Positions 45,310 through 49,710 of a stretch of 49,710 nt of DNA are shown piece after piece. Origin of the DNA: a virus (taxonomy: Duplodnaviria; Caudoviricetes); the IMG/VR virus record IMGVR_UViG_3300017658_000259, positions 1 through 49,710 of that record. The stretch is one strand, 5' to 3'. A model generated the notes under the pieces. It searched no databases and had not been told where the DNA came from. It saw only the letters and a list, made by a program, of their open reading frames with translations. The translations under genes and the position numbers were made by a program. The first letter of the stretch is position 1, and every line of letters begins with the position of its first letter.

Positions 45310-46421
45310 GCCGGCACCTTGGCGCGCTGGCGAACCGCGATGCGGAATCGGCCGACGCCGAACACGGCACCGACACAGCGCAGCAGGGCGTCGTGATAGT
45401 TGGCGTCGATGTACGTTTTCTGAAACCGGTGCGGTACGGAGAGCTCGGCGGTGTCATCGCCCAGGACGACCAGCTCGACGGTCGCGAACCATGCCTCGAA
45501 GATCTGCTGACCAAGATGCCTGCACAGCGCTTCGCGCAGCCGCAGCGTCGCCGTTGATGCGGGTTCGGTGGGTTCCAGGCGCGGCGCGCTCGCGGCATCG
45601 ACGGCGGCTTTCAGCGCGCTCTCGACGTCGGGCACCTTGAAGCTGAAAGCGCGTGCTGCCTTCACGCGCTCGACGGTATCGGCGAGCACTGCCGCATCGT
45701 GCTTCGCCGCTTTCTCGGCCAGCACGCCGAGCGCGTACACCGGATCGGGGCAGCCGTTGAGGCGGCGCTGCCGCAGCAGCGGGTCGATCAGACCGTCGAT
45801 GGCATCGCAGCACTGTGGATGCTCTGTGCGCAATGCCTGCAAAACCTGCTCGAAACTTCCCTCTCTCTCGCTGCCTGGGGGGGTAAGGGGGGGAGAGTTA
45901 TTATTACTAACCTCTCCTACGGTAAGGGGGGATTGGGGGGTCGTAGCACCCTTAGCAGCACCCAAAGCAGCACCCTTGGCGGCACCCTTGGCAGCACCCT
46001 TTTCGCCTTCGTTTGGGTGCTGTGACGGCACGCTAGGATTGGGTGCTGTGACGGCACCCTTTTGCTCGCGCCAGATGCGCGCGGCGGCAGCGTAGTCCCA
46101 CTCGCCAGCGAACAGCGCTTCCAGGCGCTGCACGTTGATGCGGTAGATTCCCTTCGCGCCGCGTCCGCGCCCAGCTTGGTCGCGACCATGCTCATCGGTG
46201 ACGACTTCCAGCAAGCCGACGCCGATCAGCTCGCGGCGCACGCGCATGGCGTTCTTGCTGCTCAGCAGCTCGGCCGCTTCGGCAATTTCATCTGCGCCCA
46301 TGACGATGGCATCGCCGGCATCGTTGGCCGCGTTGCAGAGCGCGATCATGGCCAGCTTGCGCGAGGCGTTGCGCTCGCCGAATTTGGCGCGCCTGGCAAA
46401 GCCAACGAGAAAGTCGCTCAA
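45306..46421 (-). CDS. Replication initiator: N-terminal wHTH, C-terminal DnaA domain I
   Basis: KLAMIALCNAAN..G HTH; LGQQIFEAWF...LSVPHRFQKTYI DnaA_N signature. Confidence 0.85.
   Translation of the reverse strand: MSDFLVGFARRAKFGERNASRKLAMIALCNAANDAGDAIVMGADEIAEAAELLSSKNAMRVRRELIGVGLLEVVTDEHGRDQAGRGRGAKGIYRINVQRLEALFAGEWDYAAAARIWREQKGAVTAPNPSVPSQHPNEGEKGAAKGAAKGAALGAAKGATTPQSPLTVGEVSNNNSPPLTPPGSEREGSFEQVLQALRTEHPQCCDAIDGLIDPLLRQRRLNGCPDPVYALGVLAEKAAKHDAAVLADTVERVKAARAFSFKVPDVESALKAAVDAASAPRLEPTEPASTATLRLREALCRHLGQQIFEAWFATVELVVLGDDTAELSVPHRFQKTYIDANYHDALLRCVGAVFGVGRFRIAVRQRAKVPA
45878..46062. other. Putative replication origin (iterons plus AT-rich tract)
   Basis: Five 12-bp GC(A/G)GCACCC-type repeats at about 45946-46002; TGCTGTGACGGCAC at 46018 and 46044; adjacent TTATTATTACTAA. 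Confidence 0.75.
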
Positions 46422-46581
46422 CGTATGCCCCCGTCCTGTTTGCGAGGGCTTGACCGTGAGGATCGCAAGTGAGAATCTTGCGTCATCACGGGCCGGCCCC
46501 CGGCCCGTCTACGGAGCGACCCCTCTCAGAGCGCTCCGACATTGGCGCCTCCGCGGTTGCAGCCTCGGAGGCGCAATCGCG

Positions 46582-46767
46582 TTAAGCGTGGGTGAGCGCT
46601 TTCTCGGACCACCACGCCTCGACGGCGCGGCCATCGCCGGCGACGTAGCGAACCCAGTATTGGTTCACCATCTCGCCCTGGTGGTACTCGGCGCGGCCGA
46701 TGACATCGCCCACCTCGCTGCCCAGGATCGCGACCCTCTGGCCGAGCTCGAATGCAAATTTCGACAT
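46582..46767 (-). CDS. Small phage protein
   Basis: FELGQRV..G.VIGRAEY..QYWVRY...W motif. Confidence 0.75.
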   Translation of the reverse strand: MSKFAFELGQRVAILGSEVGDVIGRAEYHQGEMVNQYWVRYVAGDGRAVEAWWSEKALTHA

Positions 46768-46819
46768 TCCCCGTTCCCCATCGATTGATACGCAGGCACG
46801 CGAAAGCACACGGCGCCCG

Positions 46820-47215
46820 TCAGCGGACGACGCGCCAGTCCCGCAAGGCGTCGATCGCCTCGTCGAGCGAATAGACGGTGCGCACCTCGGCGCCGCTGGC
46901 GACGAGCTGCGCGTGTGCGAGGCGCTGCTTCGGCGACAGGACGCCGCCGCGCCGTTTCAGCTCCAGACCGTAGAAGCGGCCGGCGCACAGGATGCAGATG
47001 TCCGGCACGCCGGCGCGCGTGCCCATGCCCTTGAGCTTGCCGCCGATACCGCGCCCGCGCGCTTCGCCGTTGGGCACGTGGAACCAGAAGGCGCCGGCGA
47101 CGGCGGTGCGCTCCAAAAGCTCGACGACGGCGCGATGGATCTGCTCCTCGCTCGGCTGCGGGGCGAAGGCCCGTTGCCCAACGGCGGCAAGTGCGAGGCT
47201 AACGCGCGCGTTCAT
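46820..47215 (-). CDS. VRR-NUC nuclease
   Basis: SEEQIH, HVPNG, GVPDI, ELK..GG.LSP.Q motifs. Confidence 0.9.
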   Translation of the reverse strand: MNARVSLALAAVGQRAFAPQPSEEQIHRAVVELLERTAVAGAFWFHVPNGEARGRGIGGKLKGMGTRAGVPDICILCAGRFYGLELKRRGGVLSPKQRLAHAQLVASGAEVRTVYSLDEAIDALRDWRVVR

Positions 47216-47856
47216 GCTGCATCCCTCACGCCCGTCTCGTAGCCGGCGAGGATGTCGTTGGGTCCGCTGGCACGTGCCCGCGCCGGTCGCGCCGCGGCGC
47301 GCGAGGGGCTGCCGGCGCCGCGCGGCACCTTCACCTCGTCGACGTCCTTGATGGTGTAGTAGTAGGCGCGCACGGGCGTGCCGGAGGCGAGGCGCAGCAC
47401 CTTGCCGGTGCGCGGACACTTCACCCGGTCGCGCTTCTTGCGCACGCTGCTGTGCAGCCGGCCCAGCGCCGTGAGGAACGTCTGTACGTCGAGCGGATGC
47501 ACGCGCAGGTCATAAACGAACCAGTCGCCGTAGAACTCGACGATCTCGGCCGTCGAATAGCGGCCGGTGAAGCCGTGGCCGCGCATCCACATGACGAATT
47601 CGACGGCGTGCGCGTGCGAGTTCATCGACATGCGGAAAATCGGGTCGTCGGACCCGCCGGCGGCCTGCCCGCGGTCCTCGACCAGGGCCCGGGTCCGTCC
47701 CAGCCGGTGCCCGGGACTCGCCCGGGACGCCCGGGACTCCGCGCCGGACGGTCCCGCGGACGGTCCGGACTCGGCGACGGGACTCGCGCGCCCGCCGGGT
47801 GGCGCCGGACGGCCGACCAGACGCAGGCCGACGACGCTCGCCAGGAAGGCGAGCAT
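47212..47856 (-). CDS. Hypothetical protein with hydrophobic N-terminus and low-complexity linker
   Basis: Open frame to 48012; start uncertain; globular C-terminal domain. Confidence 0.55.
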   Translation of the reverse strand: MLAFLASVVGLRLVGRPAPPGGRASPVAESGPSAGPSGAESRASRASPGHRLGRTRALVEDRGQAAGGSDDPIFRMSMNSHAHAVEFVMWMRGHGFTGRYSTAEIVEFYGDWFVYDLRVHPLDVQTFLTALGRLHSSVRKKRDRVKCPRTGKVLRLASGTPVRAYYYTIKDVDEVKVPRGAGSPSRAAARPARARASGPNDILAGYETGVRDAA

Positions 47857-48008
47857 GGCGCCGGCGATGTAAGCGTTGTCGACCACTGGGCTCGAAGCTC
47901 CTGAGAAGCCCGGCCGGTGATGAGCCGGCCGGGCCGAGAGACAGAAGACGCGAGAGACGCCACCTACGACCGATCGTCGGACGCGAAGGGCGTCCGGCGT
48001 GGAACTGT

Positions 48009-48287
48009 TCACGACATGGCTGCACCCGGCACCGCATCGGAAATGGATGCATCGCGGTCATTGATCGGGGTATGTTCGGAGTGCGGCGCGTCGCCGAAAA
48101 CGTCGGGTCTGAGCACGGAACGGTGAATGCCCGTCGCCTGCTCGACGACGATGCATCTATTGACCGGGACCGAGTACCATTGTGAAACGGCTTGGACCGA
48201 CAGCTGTATGCTCTTCGCAAGCAACGATATGGAACCCGCTGCGCGGATAGCCGTGGTCAGGCCGATATCTCTCTGTCGACGAGTCAT
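48009..48287 (-). CDS. cro: Cro/YdaS-like repressor
   Basis: AAGSISLLAK..QAVSQW..VP...VEQATG...LRPDVF. Confidence 0.9.
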   Translation of the reverse strand: MTRRQRDIGLTTAIRAAGSISLLAKSIQLSVQAVSQWYSVPVNRCIVVEQATGIHRSVLRPDVFGDAPHSEHTPINDRDASISDAVPGAAMS

Positions 48288-48297
48288 GCGTCGATAC

Positions 48298-48333
48298 TCA
48301 AGCGTGGCTTTAGAAAAGTCAAGCACCCCTTGA
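48298..48333. promoter_or_regulatory. OR operators and PR promoter
   Basis: 15-bp pseudo-palindromes TCAAGCgtgGCTTTA (48298) and TCAAGCaccCCTTGA (48319); minus-strand -35 TTGACT. Confidence 0.75.
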
Positions 48334-48369
48334 ATTCAACGCTCGCACTGATAAGGTAGCAGGAACAAC

Positions 48370-49017
48370 GTGACCAACTGGAAGCGCGTCGGAGAGGCCA
48401 TCAAGCAATGGCGAAAGTCGCGTGGATGGAACCAAGGCGAACTGGGGAGCCGCATCGGCGTGTCGGCGGCTTCGGTTTCGAATTGGGAGAAAGGCGTAGA
48501 CCTAAGTTACGACCGGGTGTTCGAATTGGCCCCGCACGTCGATGCGCGCCCCGAGGATTTGTTGGCGGGTCGCGGTCCGGGGGATCGGGGCGGCGACAGT
48601 GCGATTGCGAAGGTGTCGAGCCTCGGGGGTCGAATTGTGCCAACCTATGATTTCGAGACAGTACGGCAGCGTTACAAGCAGCCCGGTTTTGCGGAGGAAG
48701 TTCGCTCGAATTTCCCCTGCTCCCCGGAGAGCTTTGCTCTGCTCATCAGTGATCGCTCCAACGCACCCAAATACCTGCCGGGCGATCGGGTCATCATCGA
48801 TCCGGAGCTGGCTCCGGAGCCGGGAGATATGGTTCTGGCCTTTGTCGGCGTTGATATGCTGCCCGTGCTGAGACGGGTGACGTTTCTTCAAACGGGACCA
48901 GCGCCGCGGTACGCCCTCAAGCCGTTGAACGACACCTGGCCTGAATTCGTCGTAGGGCCAGAGGAGCCCGGCGAAATCGTGGGTGTCGTAAGCGAGCATA
49001 CACAGCCACGCCGGTAA
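48370..49017 (+). CDS. cI: CI-like repressor (XRE HTH plus S24 peptidase)
   Basis: QGELGSRIGVSAASVSNWEKG; FAL.I...SN.P....GDRVIIDP; divergent from cro. Confidence 0.92.
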   Translation: MTNWKRVGEAIKQWRKSRGWNQGELGSRIGVSAASVSNWEKGVDLSYDRVFELAPHVDARPEDLLAGRGPGDRGGDSAIAKVSSLGGRIVPTYDFETVRQRYKQPGFAEEVRSNFPCSPESFALLISDRSNAPKYLPGDRVIIDPELAPEPGDMVLAFVGVDMLPVLRRVTFLQTGPAPRYALKPLNDTWPEFVVGPEEPGEIVGVVSEHTQPRR

Positions 49018-49033
49018 ACAAACGTTACCAGAT

Positions 49034-49071
49034 TAAAGCTGTGCTTGACTGATAATTAAAGCTGAGCTTTA
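49034..49071 (+). promoter_or_regulatory. OL operators and PL promoter
   Basis: TAAAGCtgtGCTTGA (49034) and TAAAGCtgaGCTTTA (49057); -35 TTGACT at 49045. Confidence 0.8.
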
Positions 49072-49102
49072 CTCTGGCCAGTTCTTGGCCGGAGGCGACC
49101 GC

Positions 49103-49387
49103 ATGCAACCCATCAATCAGCGCGTTTCCGTCGAAGCGATTGTCGACGAGGTCACCCGCACGGCGACTGGCGCTCTCGCCGCCGCGCCGCTCATCTGCCT
49201 TCAATCTGACGCCGCCGCCGGCGCGCAAGCGCGGGCCGAACTGGCCGCGCGCGCCACACTCTTGAAGATCGCCACCAAAGGTTGTGTGGGCGACGTGCTG
49301 GCGGCCCTGGCGGCCGTCGGCGCCCCGGGCGACCTCGGCGAATACCACCAGCGCCTGCAGGCGGCGACGCCGGGGAGCGGCCGCTGA
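49103..49387 (+). CDS. Hypothetical early protein
   Basis: GGAGG RBS before MQPINQ. Confidence 0.65.
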   Translation: MQPINQRVSVEAIVDEVTRTATGALAAAPLICLQSDAAAGAQARAELAARATLLKIATKGCVGDVLAALAAVGAPGDLGEYHQRLQAATPGSGR

Positions 49388-49710
49388 TGCTCACCCTCAA
49401 TGGCATGCCGGTAGTCGTGTCCGACGCGGCCACAGCAGCGCTGCCGCGGGAGCGTTGGGACTGGTCGGGCTATCGCTCGCCAGCCCGGGCAAAGCGCCGC
49501 CGTGACCGTAGCCGCGTCATCACGCGTGAGCCCGCCAGCTATGTGCTGGGCGGCCGCCTCGTCATTCACCCGACGCTCTGGCGCGCGCTGGTCGATGATT
49601 CACAACGCAGCGGCGAAGCCGCTCCGGCGCCAAGGGCGCCCGGCGCGAGCGCCGGCCATCTTCACGTGTTGGCTAACTTGGCGGCAGGGGGCCTCCGCTC
49701 GTGTCCGTGA
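49387..49710 (+). CDS. Hypothetical early protein
   Basis: TGATG coupling; SPARAKRRR..LVIHP motif. Confidence 0.65.
   Translation: MLTLNGMPVVVSDAATAALPRERWDWSGYRSPARAKRRRDRSRVITREPASYVLGGRLVIHPTLWRALVDDSQRSGEAAPAPRAPGASAGHLHVLANLAAGGLRSCP

Larger units (their letters stand above)
18135..49656. repeat. Dispersed triple-hairpin family B (about 4 copies)
   Basis: Copies at 18135 (+), 42850 (-), 42924 (+, partial), 49607 (+). Confidence 0.7.
1..49710. mobile_element. Temperate HK97/lambda-like siphophage (probable prophage; ends not in the window)
   Basis: Complete head, tail, lysis, replication and immunity modules. Confidence 0.95.

Noticed and set aside
44856-47320. Extra family A copies near 44856 and 47285
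   Set aside because: Only partial similarity; the inner stem does not form
47907-47935. TGATGAG inside a hairpin, hammerhead-like
   Set aside because: Core begins with G rather than C and GAAA is absent; it is a simple stem-loop
1-49710. Integrase, att sites, tRNA genes; gene transfer agent interpretation
   Set aside because: None recognised; the presence of cI/cro, an origin and HNH/cos indicates a true temperate phage

Overview
The window is almost entirely a temperate, lambdoid/HK97-like siphophage (probably a prophage) of a high-GC Alphaproteobacterium, judged from a GapR homolog and an alphaproteobacterial LexA box. Read right to left on the minus strand, it contains: a cI/cro immunity switch with four operators; a replication initiator with an internal iteron origin and a DnaA-N domain; VRR-NUC, GapR and two DNA methyltransferases; an accessory region at about 27-39 kb; HNH, cos and terminase; portal, protease and capsid; the tail module with a -1 frameshift; and the lysis cassette. 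No integrase or att site lies in the window. The most notable observations are: (1) a textbook type II hammerhead ribozyme in the 5' leader of a small membrane-protein gene, next to an RHH regulator; (2) nine dispersed, same-strand, covarying bulged hairpins, many in frame inside genes; (3) an array of GGACNGTCC palindromes inside a membrane-anchored HTH gene; (4) an Acb1-like 2H phosphoesterase and acidic 'RK-tagged' proteins inserted in the head operon; (5) a divergent patatin plus MBL-hydrolase pair. All protein calls come from motifs and synteny recognised by eye, and no database searches were run.
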